From Bacteroidales bacterium (lineage in GTDB: Bacteria > Bacteroidota > Bacteroidia > Bacteroidales > WCHB1-69): a stretch of DNA of 64,000 nt. This document shows positions 18,901-28,203 of the stretch, piece by piece; positions within the stretch are counted from its first letter, which is position 1; every line of letters begins with the position of its first letter. Location: NCBI GenBank assembly GCA_017616775.1, contig JAFZXM010000018.1, positions 2,221-66,220 on the forward strand. Direction: 5' to 3'. A program made the translations under genes and the position numbers. The notes under the pieces are model-generated. The model was not told the DNA's origin. It saw only the letters and a list, made by a program, of their open reading frames with translations, and ran no database searches.

Positions 18901-20742
18901 TTATTCTACTGTTACCGATTTGGCCAAATTTCGCGGACGGTCCACATCCCTTCCGCACATTACGGCTACATGATAGGCCAACAATTGCAATGGAACGCTT
19001 GCCAATATCGGCACATACATCTCTTCCGTTTCTGGTATTTCTATCACATAATCCGATAGTTTTTTCACATCCACATCGCCTTCGGAAACAATAGAGATAA
19101 TTTTTCCTTTCCGTGCTTTTACCTCTTGAATATTGCTCACCACCTTTTCATAAGAGCCTTTGTTGGTGGCTATCACCACCACAGGCATATCTTCGTCTAT
19201 TAAAGCAATGGGGCCGTGCTTCATTTCGGCTGCAGGATACCCTTCGGCATGAATATATGATATCTCCTTCAATTTCAACGCGCCCTCCAAGGCTACGGGA
19301 TAATTGTAATTACGTCCCAAATACAATGCATTGGAGAAATCTTTCATATAATTGGCTATCTGCTTTATGCTCTCATTGTCTTTGAGTATGGTTTCCACTT
19401 TGGAAGGTATGGATTCCAACTCTTCCACCAATTTTTTATATCGTTTTTGCGGTATCTTTCCTTTACGGTTGGCCAAACACAAAGCCATCAAAGCCAACAC
19501 CGTTACCTGTGCGGTGAACGCTTTGGTGGAAGCCACACCTATTTCCGGACCGGCATGGGTGTATGAGCCCGCATCGGTGGCACGGGCTATGGACGAACCC
19601 ACCACATTGCATATTCCCAATACCGTAGCCCCTTTCTTTTTGGCCAGTTCTATTGCCGCCAAGGTATCGGCGGTTTCTCCCGACTGAGATATGGCAATCA
19701 CTACATCATCTTCATATATGATAGGATTACGATATCTGAATTCAGAAGCGTATTCCACTTCCACAGGTATCCGTATCAAATCTTCAAACAAATGCTCGCC
19801 CACCAAACCGGCATGATACGAAGTGCCGCAGGCTACTATTATAATACGGCGTGCCGACAGCAGCCTGTCTTCGTATTCCACTATTCCGCCCAAAGACACC
19901 ACGTCTTTTTTCACATTCAACCGGCCGCGCATACTGTCGGCAATGGAACGCGGCTGCTCGTATATCTCTTTGAGCATAAAATGCTCGTAGCCGCCCTTTT
20001 CCAATTGGTCCAAACTGATTTGTATCTGCTGTATATAATGCGAAACCCTTTTGTTCTTGACCGTTTTGACTGTCAAATCGTTTCCCGGTGTCAATACGGC
20101 AATCTCCTCATCATTGAGATAGACTACCTTTTTAGTATATTCCACCAAAGCCGAACCGTCGGAGGCTACATAATATTCGTCTTTTCCGAAACCGATAATA
20201 ACAGGACTTCCTTTGCGGGCTGTTATCAAAGTATGCGGATCGTCTATGGACACCACGATAATGGCATAGGTGCCTTGCACTTGACTTAAAGCCAAACGGA
20301 CGGCCTCCGGCAAATCCACATTTTCATTTTTATTGATATCTTCTATCAAATGTATCAACACCTCCGAATCGGTATCACTGGTAAACTCATATCCTTGCTT
20401 TATCAAAGCATCTCTCAATACCAAATGATTCTCTATAATACCGTTGTGTATTAAAGCAATTTTCCTGTCTGATGAAAAATGAGGGTGTGCATTTTGATTA
20501 CTCGGCTCTCCATGGGTAGCCCAACGGGTGTGGGCTATTCCACAATTGCCGGATATGTCTTTCCCTTCACAAAATGTTTCCAAATCTTTGACCCTGCCCT
20601 GGCATTTATACACCTCCACCTTATCGGAATGCACCAATGCGACACCCGCACTGTCATAACCGCGATATTCCATACGATACAAGCCCTTGACAAGGATAGG
20701 ATATGCATCCTTATTACCAACGTAACCAACTATTCCACACAT
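18901..20742 (-). CDS. glmS: glutamine--fructose-6-phosphate aminotransferase (isomerizing)
   Basis: MCGIVGYVG N-terminal nucleophile, two SIS domains, C-terminal LAKSVTVE. Confidence 0.97.
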   Translation of the reverse strand: MCGIVGYVGNKDAYPILVKGLYRMEYRGYDSAGVALVHSDKVEVYKCQGRVKDLETFCEGKDISGNCGIAHTRWATHGEPSNQNAHPHFSSDRKIALIHNGIIENHLVLRDALIKQGYEFTSDTDSEVLIHLIEDINKNENVDLPEAVRLALSQVQGTYAIIVVSIDDPHTLITARKGSPVIIGFGKDEYYVASDGSALVEYTKKVVYLNDEEIAVLTPGNDLTVKTVKNKRVSHYIQQIQISLDQLEKGGYEHFMLKEIYEQPRSIADSMRGRLNVKKDVVSLGGIVEYEDRLLSARRIIIVACGTSYHAGLVGEHLFEDLIRIPVEVEYASEFRYRNPIIYEDDVVIAISQSGETADTLAAIELAKKKGATVLGICNVVGSSIARATDAGSYTHAGPEIGVASTKAFTAQVTVLALMALCLANRKGKIPQKRYKKLVEELESIPSKVETILKDNESIKQIANYMKDFSNALYLGRNYNYPVALEGALKLKEISYIHAEGYPAAEMKHGPIALIDEDMPVVVIATNKGSYEKVVSNIQEVKARKGKIISIVSEGDVDVKKLSDYVIEIPETEEMYVPILASVPLQLLAYHVAVMCGRDVDRPRNLAKSVTVE

Positions 20743-20749
20743 TATATTA

Positions 20750-22090
20750 TTATTTTTTATCTTGCAACAATGAATAATGTACTTCCAGACGAAAACGCTT
20801 GTCTTCGCCGGCTGACGGCTGCGTTCCGTATATTACCATACGAGACATGCGGGTGGCTGCAGCCGTGATAAACATATTCAACTCCTCAGCATTCACCCCT
20901 CCGTCTAACATATATTGCAATTGTTTGGTAATACGTATTCTATACTCATCGGTTTTCTTATTATATACCCCTCCGAAATAATCACTTCCCAAAGTATAGT
21001 CCGGAACCGTAACCAGATATTTTTTTACCGTGTCATAATAATTTACCAACAAAGAAGACGGCACTTTGTATTTATTGGTGTCCGAATCATCCATACGGGT
21101 TGCCACCAATTCGGCTCTGTGTATGATCACCCGCTTGTTTTTAAACATTTCCTGAATATAAGGGAATCGTACTATGGTTTTGACTCCCAAGCCTGTTTGG
21201 AAAAACAAGCGTTCCGTTGCAGAAGCGGTGTTGCCTTGTAATTGCGACTGCAAATCCGCATCCGCATCCTGATAGTCAAAATGATTGACATATCCCACTC
21301 TTACGGATGAATCACTGATAACAAAACGATAGGTCTTTTGGGCACTTTCGTTATTGTGATAATACATGGTCAACAATGAATTATCATTAGTAAGATTTAC
21401 CGATATTATATTACCGTCTCCCTGACAATAATCGGCAATCACATACAAGCCTTTAAAATAATTCACAAACGCCGCCGTGGATTGGAATTCCACACTGTTG
21501 GATTTGGAAATAAATTTACTGTCGGCAAACGATGTTTTGAGCGGAATATGCAACACCACGGCACCGAGAGCGGTATCTTTTACTCCGGGAGTGGGATATA
21601 CCCATGTCAACAGGCTTTCGTCCACCAAATTTTCCGCATCATATTGTAAAGAAGTGTTGGCATAATATTTTTTTCCTCTCACCAAATCTTCTTGCAATTC
21701 ATACACCCTGACCCTGAAAGGGCTTAAAGTATCCCCATAGGGCTGGTTATATACCAATGTCAATATCAAAGAATCACTGACAGCACCTTCTCCGAACTGC
21801 GCACCGAACGACGCCAACCGGCATTGCACATAAAATCCGGCTTGCACTTTACCGAAAACAGGATCGTTCATATATCCCAACATATTGGACGAAACCCCAT
21901 TGGTAACTATGCTGTCGTCATGCCACACAGAATAGGCTTCCACGGTGGCCGTATCAAAAAACAAGGTATTAAGCAATTCATCCTGAGGCTGTATTTTCAT
22001 ACCCACCTCGCCGTTTTCTTCTTTACAGGAAACTACTGTGAACAATAAAGGGATTAGTATATATCCTAATTTGAACAATTGTTTTTTCAA
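20750..22090 (-). CDS. DUF4270-like lipoprotein
   Basis: Lipobox FTVVSC|KE. Its position between the glycogen-synthase-like gene and glmS matches the conserved Bacteroidales arrangement as I remember it. Confidence 0.55.
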   Translation of the reverse strand: MKKQLFKLGYILIPLLFTVVSCKEENGEVGMKIQPQDELLNTLFFDTATVEAYSVWHDDSIVTNGVSSNMLGYMNDPVFGKVQAGFYVQCRLASFGAQFGEGAVSDSLILTLVYNQPYGDTLSPFRVRVYELQEDLVRGKKYYANTSLQYDAENLVDESLLTWVYPTPGVKDTALGAVVLHIPLKTSFADSKFISKSNSVEFQSTAAFVNYFKGLYVIADYCQGDGNIISVNLTNDNSLLTMYYHNNESAQKTYRFVISDSSVRVGYVNHFDYQDADADLQSQLQGNTASATERLFFQTGLGVKTIVRFPYIQEMFKNKRVIIHRAELVATRMDDSDTNKYKVPSSLLVNYYDTVKKYLVTVPDYTLGSDYFGGVYNKKTDEYRIRITKQLQYMLDGGVNAEELNMFITAAATRMSRMVIYGTQPSAGEDKRFRLEVHYSLLQDKK

Positions 22091-22111
22091 AACGATATTT
22101 TTTTTAGATAT

Positions 22112-22918
22112 TTACTTTTGTATGATTTGATTGTACAAAGCCAAATAATCATCAGCATATTGCTCTTGCTTGTGCTCAAAAGTAGGCGTATGCAAATCTG
22201 CTGCCAATTTCCGGTACGATTCATCCACATCCTCATGCGATATAACAGTGGCATCCGCATATTGCATTGCCAAACGGGTGGTAATATCATAGTTGGCCGA
22301 TTTATAGTTGGCCGCATCTTTGGCCGGCACACCGCAAGCTTTTAATTTTGCCGCCATTGAACGGTTGAGCGCTTTATCAAAAGCATCGTTATATACAGAA
22401 TATACGATTTTAGCATTGGAAAACAAAGGATTATCCATATACACCGTTTTGACAAACAAGGGCACCAAACAAGATATCCAGCCGTGGCAATGGATAATAT
22501 CTGGACTCCATCCCAAATTCTTCACCGTTTCAATAACACCTCTGGCATAAAAAACAGCTCTTTCATCATTATCGGCAAATGCTTTGCCCGCTTTATCCAC
22601 CAATATTTCCTTGCGATGGAAATACTCCTCACTGTCTATGAAATACGTCTGCATTCTGATAGACTGGATAGAAGCCACTTTTACCACCAAAGCATGGTCA
22701 TTATCGTTAATAACTATATTTTGCCCTGACAGCCGGATAACTTCATGCAATTGATTCCTCCGTTCGTTAATCATACCATACCTGGGCATAAAGGTTCTGA
22801 TTTCTATACCTTGTTCCTGAATGCTCTGAGGCAGATAACGTCCTATAATGGACATGTACGAAGCTTCTAAATACGGCGTAATCTCCTGATTAACAAACAA
22901 AATCCTTTCTACTGACAT
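22112..22918 (-). CDS. glycogen/starch synthase-like protein (short GT5 form)
   Basis: ILFVNQEITPY..., IIHCHGW. Start moved to MSVERILF at 22918 because a -7 box at 22943-50 lies inside the longer ORF. Confidence 0.75.
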   Translation of the reverse strand: MSVERILFVNQEITPYLEASYMSIIGRYLPQSIQEQGIEIRTFMPRYGMINERRNQLHEVIRLSGQNIVINDNDHALVVKVASIQSIRMQTYFIDSEEYFHRKEILVDKAGKAFADNDERAVFYARGVIETVKNLGWSPDIIHCHGWISCLVPLFVKTVYMDNPLFSNAKIVYSVYNDAFDKALNRSMAAKLKACGVPAKDAANYKSANYDITTRLAMQYADATVISHEDVDESYRKLAADLHTPTFEHKQEQYADDYLALYNQIIQK

Positions 22919-22942
22919 AATACAATTCTTCTGATTATCTTG

Positions 22943-22950
22943 CAAAGATA
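22943..22950 (-). promoter_or_regulatory. -7 box TATCTTTG (minus strand)
   Basis: Plus-strand CAAAGATA lies 25 nt upstream of the corrected start at 22918. Confidence 0.55.
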
Positions 22951-23067
22951 CAATTTTTTTTTCAAATATCACCCTGTTTTCGCTTATTTTTTGCATCATT
23001 CCTCTGCAATTCCATATTTTATTTGAAAGTTTTTCTTATTTATATCTTTGAACTGATATTTTTTTTA

Positions 23068-23075
23068 TACTTTTG
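23068..23075 (+). promoter_or_regulatory. -7 box TACTTTTG
   Basis: Lies 35 nt upstream of the ATG at 23110. A second candidate, TATCTTTG, is at 23043-50. Confidence 0.45.
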
Positions 23076-23109
23076 CACCTGCAAATATTGAATAAAAAAT
23101 TAGTGTGTC

Positions 23110-23559
23110 ATGAAAAGAAGTGTTATTTTGATTGCATGCTGCTTATTGATATTGACAGCATGCCAGCGCCAACAAGAAAACTACAATGCCTATTTAGAAT
23201 ATCATTTTGCCGAACAAACTGATGAAATAAGCGTTAAAGCCATAATGGGAACCATCAAATTACTGTGGGTGGGAGATTTTTATTACAAAGGCGAACAACA
23301 AAAAAATTGCGATATAAAAGCACACCTTAAATACAGAGAATCTGTTGCTGCCATTATATTGCACGCCAATGATTTAAAGCCGTATTTTAACGACACCGCC
23401 GATTCTTTCACCTATACTCTCAAACGTACCACCGACGGAGAAAACTACATTATGGAATCAGTGATATTTACCGTTAATGAAGACGGAATTTTTGAAACCG
23501 AGGATGTTTTTTCCGATTACCAACCTAACGAAGAGGACAATGACTCCGGCTTGGAATAA
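23110..23559 (+). CDS. hypothetical lipoprotein (149 aa)
   Basis: Lipobox LILTAC|QR. No family recognised. Confidence 0.6.
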   Translation: MKRSVILIACCLLILTACQRQQENYNAYLEYHFAEQTDEISVKAIMGTIKLLWVGDFYYKGEQQKNCDIKAHLKYRESVAAIILHANDLKPYFNDTADSFTYTLKRTTDGENYIMESVIFTVNEDGIFETEDVFSDYQPNEEDNDSGLE

Positions 23560-23610
23560 AGGTCTTTTGAATAATTGTCATTTTTAATCATTTAACACAA
23601 AAGAAACGCC

Positions 23611-24057
23611 ATGAGTTTAGAACAAACCATTAACAACGACATAAAAACCGCCATGTTGGCAAAAGACAAAAAAAGTCTGGACGCTTTGCGTGCCATAAAA
23701 TCCGCCATTTTATTGCTCAAAACCGATAAAAGTATCGGGGAAATCACCCCTGAGATAGAAATATCCACTTTACAGAAAATGGCCAAACAGCGCAAAGAAT
23801 CGGCTGAAATGTATAAGGCTCAAGGAAGAGACGACCTTTACAAAGAAGAGCTTGACCAACTTGATATCATATCCAAATATTTACCCGAACAACTGAATGC
23901 GGATGAAATCAAAACGCAACTGCAAGCCTTAATATCCCAACATGGAATTACAAGTATTAAGGATATGGGCCGATTAATGGGTATTGCAAGCAAATATTTT
24001 TCAGGAAAAGCCGACAACAAAACCATAGCGGAAATTGTCAAATCCCTGCTTAAATAA
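23611..24057 (+). CDS. GatB/YqeY domain protein
   Basis: INNDIKTAMLAKDKKSLDALRAIKSAILL and the typical C-terminal KDMGRLMG..GKADNK..IVKSLL. Confidence 0.85.
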   Translation: MSLEQTINNDIKTAMLAKDKKSLDALRAIKSAILLLKTDKSIGEITPEIEISTLQKMAKQRKESAEMYKAQGRDDLYKEELDQLDIISKYLPEQLNADEIKTQLQALISQHGITSIKDMGRLMGIASKYFSGKADNKTIAEIVKSLLK

Positions 24058-24124
24058 ATCATCAATTATCCAACAAAAAAAATAATTCCGTTGCGATATC
24101 TTGCGACAGTACGGAGCGGAATAG

Positions 24125-24610
24125 TTGAATTTTATGAAAAAATATATCAAAAACGTTTTTGCGGACGAAGATTACAATTGTTTTGCATGTGGGCCGCACA
24201 ACCCCATCGGCTTGCGCCTACAATTTTACGAAGAAGACGAATATGTAAAAACCGAATGGGAACCCTCAAAAAATTTTGAAGGCTATCCCACTTGTGTTCA
24301 CGGAGGCATACAAGCCGTATTATTAGACGAAATAGCTGCATGGACATTATACATCAAAGGGCAACGCGCCGGTGTTACAAGCCGCATGTCTGTTCGCTAT
24401 TGCAAAAAATTGGACAGCGATCAAGGAACCATCACCGCCGAAGGAAAAATCAAAAAAATCCTTTACGATTTTTGTTATATCGATGCCTGTCTGTACAATG
24501 CAAAACACGAACTCTGCGCCAAAGCCGAAGTAATATATTATATGTTTTCCAAAGAAGAAAGCATGGAAAAATACCGTTTTCCTGTCCGACAAGAAGATTT
24601 CTATTTGTAA
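24125..24610 (+). CDS. PaaI-family hotdog-fold thioesterase
   Basis: CFACGPHNPIGLRLQF followed by VHGGIQAVLLDE. Confidence 0.7.
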   Translation: MNFMKKYIKNVFADEDYNCFACGPHNPIGLRLQFYEEDEYVKTEWEPSKNFEGYPTCVHGGIQAVLLDEIAAWTLYIKGQRAGVTSRMSVRYCKKLDSDQGTITAEGKIKKILYDFCYIDACLYNAKHELCAKAEVIYYMFSKEESMEKYRFPVRQEDFYL

Positions 24611-24613
24611 ACC

Positions 24614-25093
24614 ATGTGTGCGGCTAAAAAAATCATCACCACCAAGCAAGCCATACAAAAAATAAAACGCTATTGCGCCCATGCCGAACATTGCCAATCG
24701 GAAGTGAGAGCAAAACTTTCGGAATACGGAATGGATGCAGCAACAACAGAATCGGTGATTTGTGATTTGATAAGCGAAGGCTATATCAACGAATACCGAT
24801 ATACCAACGCTTATATCCGGGGCAAATTCAATATCAAGGGATGGGGAAAAAACAAAATCATCGCCGCCTTAAAAGCCAAACACATCAGCACCCCATGCAT
24901 ATTGTCGGCATTACAAAACATAGACGACACCTCTTATCGGGAAAAACTGCAACATTTGATACAAAAATGGCGTCATTCCCACCCCGGGGACCTCACCTAT
25001 GCCCAACGGGCCAAACTGATGCGGTTTTTATTGTCCAAAGGATACAGCATGGAAGAGATTAACACCACCCTTACCTTTAATGATGATATATGA
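24614..25093 (+). CDS. recX: regulatory protein RecX
   Basis: RecX-like repeated helical units (YCAHAEHCQSEVRAKL..., EGYINEYRYTNAYIRGK, GWGKNKIIAALKAK). Confidence 0.75.
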   Translation: MCAAKKIITTKQAIQKIKRYCAHAEHCQSEVRAKLSEYGMDAATTESVICDLISEGYINEYRYTNAYIRGKFNIKGWGKNKIIAALKAKHISTPCILSALQNIDDTSYREKLQHLIQKWRHSHPGDLTYAQRAKLMRFLLSKGYSMEEINTTLTFNDDI

Positions 25094-25114
25094 ATTTTAT
25101 CCGAAAAAAAATTT

Positions 25115-25122
25115 TATCTTTG
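25115..25122 (+). promoter_or_regulatory. -7 box TATCTTTG for prfB
   Basis: Lies 18 nt upstream of the ATG at 25140. Confidence 0.55.
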
Positions 25123-25139
25123 CAGAAAATATTTGATTA

Positions 25140-26229
25140 ATGAATGATTTTGAACTAAAAAACATGTTACAAAGGTCCTCCGAATTAAGGAGGTGTCTTT
25201 GACATAGACAAAAAACTGCAAATAATAGCGGAAAAAGAAGCCGAAAGTCATGCTCCGGATTTTTGGGGCAATGCTCAAGAAGCCGAAAAAACATTAAAGC
25301 ACATCAATGAACTGAAAGTTTGGACCGACGCCTATGCCGACATGGAAAGCATGGTGACGGAATTTCAATTGGCATTGGAATTTTTCGCCTCCGGCGATAT
25401 TTCCGAAGAAGAATTGCAGTCCAACTACCAAAAAGCCATCAAAGCCATCAACGACATGGAATTCAAGCGCATGCTGTCGGGTGAAGAAGACAGCCTCGGC
25501 GCTACCATCTCCATCAATTCCGGAGCCGGCGGCACCGAAAGTCAGGATTGGGCGGAAATGCTATTGCGCATGTATAGCCGTTGGGCGGAAGACCATCATT
25601 TTAAAATTAAAGAAATAGATAGGCTGGAAGGCGATGTTGCCGGAATAAAATCGGTAACCGTAGAATTGGAAGGCGCCTATGCCTACGGCAATCTAAAAGG
25701 CGAAAGCGGCGTACATCGTCTGGTAAGACTATCTCCTTTTGACGCCGCCAACCGCCGGCACACTTCCTTTGCCTCGGTATTTGTATGTCCTATGATCAAC
25801 GATGATATCAACATTGACATCAACCCCAATGAAATAGAATGGGACACTTTCCGCAGCAGCGGTCCCGGCGGACAAAATGTCAATAAGGTGGAAACAGCAG
25901 TAAGACTGCATCACATCCCCACCGATATTGTAATTGAATGTCAAATCACACGCTTCCAATCCCAAAATAAAGAAAAAGCCCTGCAAATGCTCAAATCCAG
26001 ACTCTATGAAATTGAATTGCAAAAAAAACATGCAAAAATAGATGAGATGGAAAACAATAAAAAGAAAATTGAATGGGGCTCCCAAATCCGCAACTATGTG
26101 CTTCACCCTTACAAATTGGTGAAAGACAACCGCACCGGATACGAAACCGGCAACGCCCAAGCTGTCCTTGACGGCGACTTGGACGGCTTTATCAAAGCTT
26201 ATCTGATGGAATTCGGAAACAAAGGGTAA
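25140..26229 (+). CDS. prfB: peptide chain release factor 2, with programmed +1 frameshift at 25197-25203
   Basis: Frame 0 runs 25140-25199 ([20 protein letters not shown]) and ends at an in-frame TGA at 25200. The +1 frame from 25201 (DIDKKLQ...) runs into the ORF-track ORF 25342..26229. SPF (LSPFD) and GGQ ([19 protein letters not shown]) motifs are present. Confidence 0.95.
25188..25203 (+). promoter_or_regulatory. prfB +1 frameshift cassette: SD-like AGGAGG, 3-nt spacer, CTT TGA C
   Basis: The sequence AGG AGG TGT CTT TGA C is read directly. It is the same slippery architecture as the E. coli prfB autoregulatory site. Confidence 0.9.
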
Positions 26230-26243
26230 ATCATATAATATAT

Positions 26244-26672
26244 ATGTCAAGAAAAACAAAAATATCGCTTTCCCGCCTCGAATCCTTTTTGAAGGCCCAG
26301 TGCGTCCGCCCGCGCACCAGCATGGATGCCGCTGAATATAAGAACTATATCATCGCTTTACTCTTTCTGAAACGCATCAACGACCAGTTTGAAATTGACA
26401 GATTGGCGTTGAAGTAGGATTTGAAAAAGCAGTATCCTAATGCAGATGAGGCGACTATTAACGAAGAACTGGATATTCCCGAAAAGTATAACTGTTATGT
26501 GCCGGCTTTAGCCCGATGGAAATATTTGCTTCACCCATTGAATGATGATGGCGAGGAACTCAGTTACGGCGATGCCATCACCACCGCATTGGCCGAAGAT
26601 GGGATTACTACCCCGCAAGGTGCAAATAAAAACAGAACATATTGTGTTGTAATTAAGGATGCCGACCGATGA
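26244..26672 (+). pseudogene. hsdM: type I R-M methyltransferase HsdM, N-terminal remnant with an in-frame TAG
   Basis: MSRKTKISLSRLESFL...MDAAEYKNYIIALLFLKRINDQF is the HsdM N-terminal-domain signature. A TAG sits at 26415-17. The same frame continues with YVPALARWKYLL and ends at 26672. The catalytic methyltransferase domain is absent. Confidence 0.75.
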
Positions 26673-26764
26673 AGAATGTACAATGGAAGACGGTGAAGCC
26701 GGAGGACTTGCGCTTACACTTTGCCCATAGAATTTTCAAACAACCAATAAAAAAGTTTTTATAA
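26669..26764 (+). pseudogene. possible HsdS start stub (31 codons)
   Basis: ATGA overlap with the hsdM remnant stop. MKNVQWKTVKPEDL resembles HsdS N-termini (..WK.VKLGD.). It runs into AT-rich DNA after about 20 codons. Confidence 0.25.
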
Positions 26765-26790
26765 AATCGTTTTCGTATTATTTTTTTTAA

Positions 26791-26798
26791 TATCTTTG
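26791..26798 (+). promoter_or_regulatory. -7 box TATCTTTG at the left edge of the AT-rich cassette
   Basis: Perfect common variant of the box. It would give a leader of about 300 nt before the ATG at 27110. Confidence 0.4.
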
Positions 26799-27109
26799 CA
26801 GAATAAATAAACTTAATTAAAACAATTTTAAACTGAAAAAATATATAAAACCAAATTTAAGAGAAAATAGAATAAACTATATTAAACGTATAAAAGAATA
26901 GGTTTCTCACTTGCCCAAAAAACATCTGCCTCACATTCCAGAGCAGCGTCGCTTAGCTAATATATTATCGCGATAGACAGTAAGATAGAAATGGAGGAAA
27001 ATGTTTTGGAGAAATATAAGAAAATGAAGAATGGGTTGACGGAGAGGTCGTTGAACGAAAAATAAGAAATGAATATAACTGATTTTAAACTATAAAAACA
27101 ACTTGAAAG

Positions 27110-28090
27110 ATGTTTCCAATCCACACATTAAACTCAAATATCACAAATATTTTACAAAAGATTTTGAGTGCTAATATTTTAGGCAATATACAAAATGGAC
27201 TTCAACCTGAAATCAAATTCATAGATGAATGTTCTCATATTTCTAATGTGGCTGAGATTAAAGGGAATAGCCATAACGCACAAGTGTATTTATCATCGGC
27301 TTATTGTCAGTTTTTATGGCTGCTGGATGACATAGCATTAAAACTGATTGATTTTAGCATAATACAAGATGAATGCATAAAGAATAATATTGAGGTTGTA
27401 ACATACAAAAAAAGTACTGAATACCTTATACAAAATCCTGAAATATTGAATGTATTAGCAAATAGATATGGCATTGATTTTAATCAGTATTTTGAATATT
27501 TAAGAAGAACTGTTCAATTGTTGGAAAGAGATGAGTTCGAGCGAAACATTAAAAAGGAATGGGCTCTTGCTGAATCTTTAATAAACTCTAGCAGAACCAT
27601 TTGTATTAATGATTTTAATGAGATTGATTTCAATGGGCTCTATGAACAATTAGTGAATTCAGTTTATTGCTTTGGAGTTTCATTTATCTTGTTACACGAA
27701 CTAACTCATTTTGCAATGGGTCATCTTGAGAAAGAAGAAGAGATGCAAGATGAAGAAAACGCTGATTTTTCAGCTTTTTGGAACTTGTATAATGATTTAA
27801 AAGATAGAGAGTTGTTTTCTGCAAATATTGGAATACTTTGTGCCTTATTTTCTTTGCTAATGTTAAATCCCAATATGGAGGAAGATGAAATTCACCCCAA
27901 AGAGAGTGATAGAATTTTTTATATTTTCGACCAGATTAGTGAAGATAATCCAAAATATTCAGTATTAATCATTAAATTATTTGCAATGTGGGCGGAAAAA
28001 TTCAATATTCAGGAATTTCCAGACATTAATGGTTATGCTAGTGAATCATTGAAATTAATTCGCGATTTTATGAATAATTATAAATTCTGA
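27110..28090 (+). CDS. cytoplasmic HExxH protein (putative zinc metalloprotease; candidate abortive-infection/defence effector), 326 aa
   Basis: SFILLHELTHFAMGHLEKEEEMQDEENADFSAF contains HExxH plus acidic residues 15-20 aa downstream (gluzincin-like spacing). No signal peptide or TM helix. Strongly AT-rich relative to neighbours. Embedded in a decayed type I R-M locus. Confidence 0.7.
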   Translation: MFPIHTLNSNITNILQKILSANILGNIQNGLQPEIKFIDECSHISNVAEIKGNSHNAQVYLSSAYCQFLWLLDDIALKLIDFSIIQDECIKNNIEVVTYKKSTEYLIQNPEILNVLANRYGIDFNQYFEYLRRTVQLLERDEFERNIKKEWALAESLINSSRTICINDFNEIDFNGLYEQLVNSVYCFGVSFILLHELTHFAMGHLEKEEEMQDEENADFSAFWNLYNDLKDRELFSANIGILCALFSLLMLNPNMEEDEIHPKESDRIFYIFDQISEDNPKYSVLIIKLFAMWAEKFNIQEFPDINGYASESLKLIRDFMNNYKF

Positions 28091-28096
28091 ATTCCC

Positions 28097-28174
28097 ATGT
28101 CCGAATACCTCAACGTAGAGCACCCTTTTCTCGAAAAAATCATTTCATCTGAAAAGTGTAATTTTACAAACTAA
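28097..28174 (+). pseudogene. hsdR: HsdR 5-prime stub A (first 13 codons conserved, then unrelated)
   Basis: MSEYLNVEHPFLEK matches the typical HsdR N-terminus and the second copy at 29319. The ORF is only 25 aa. Confidence 0.4.
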
Positions 28175-28203
28175 AAAGAAGGGAATAAAATGTAAATCAG
28201 AAA

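Noticed and set aside
26991-27065. A 24-aa ORF (MEENVLEKYKKMKNGLTERSLNEK) and a 10-bp palindrome tatcgcgata (26966-75) lie in the leader of the HExxH gene. They could be a small antitoxin or regulator and its operator.
   Set aside because: The ORF is too short to evaluate without comparative data. In AT-rich sequence such ORFs and palindromes arise by chance. No supporting motif was found.
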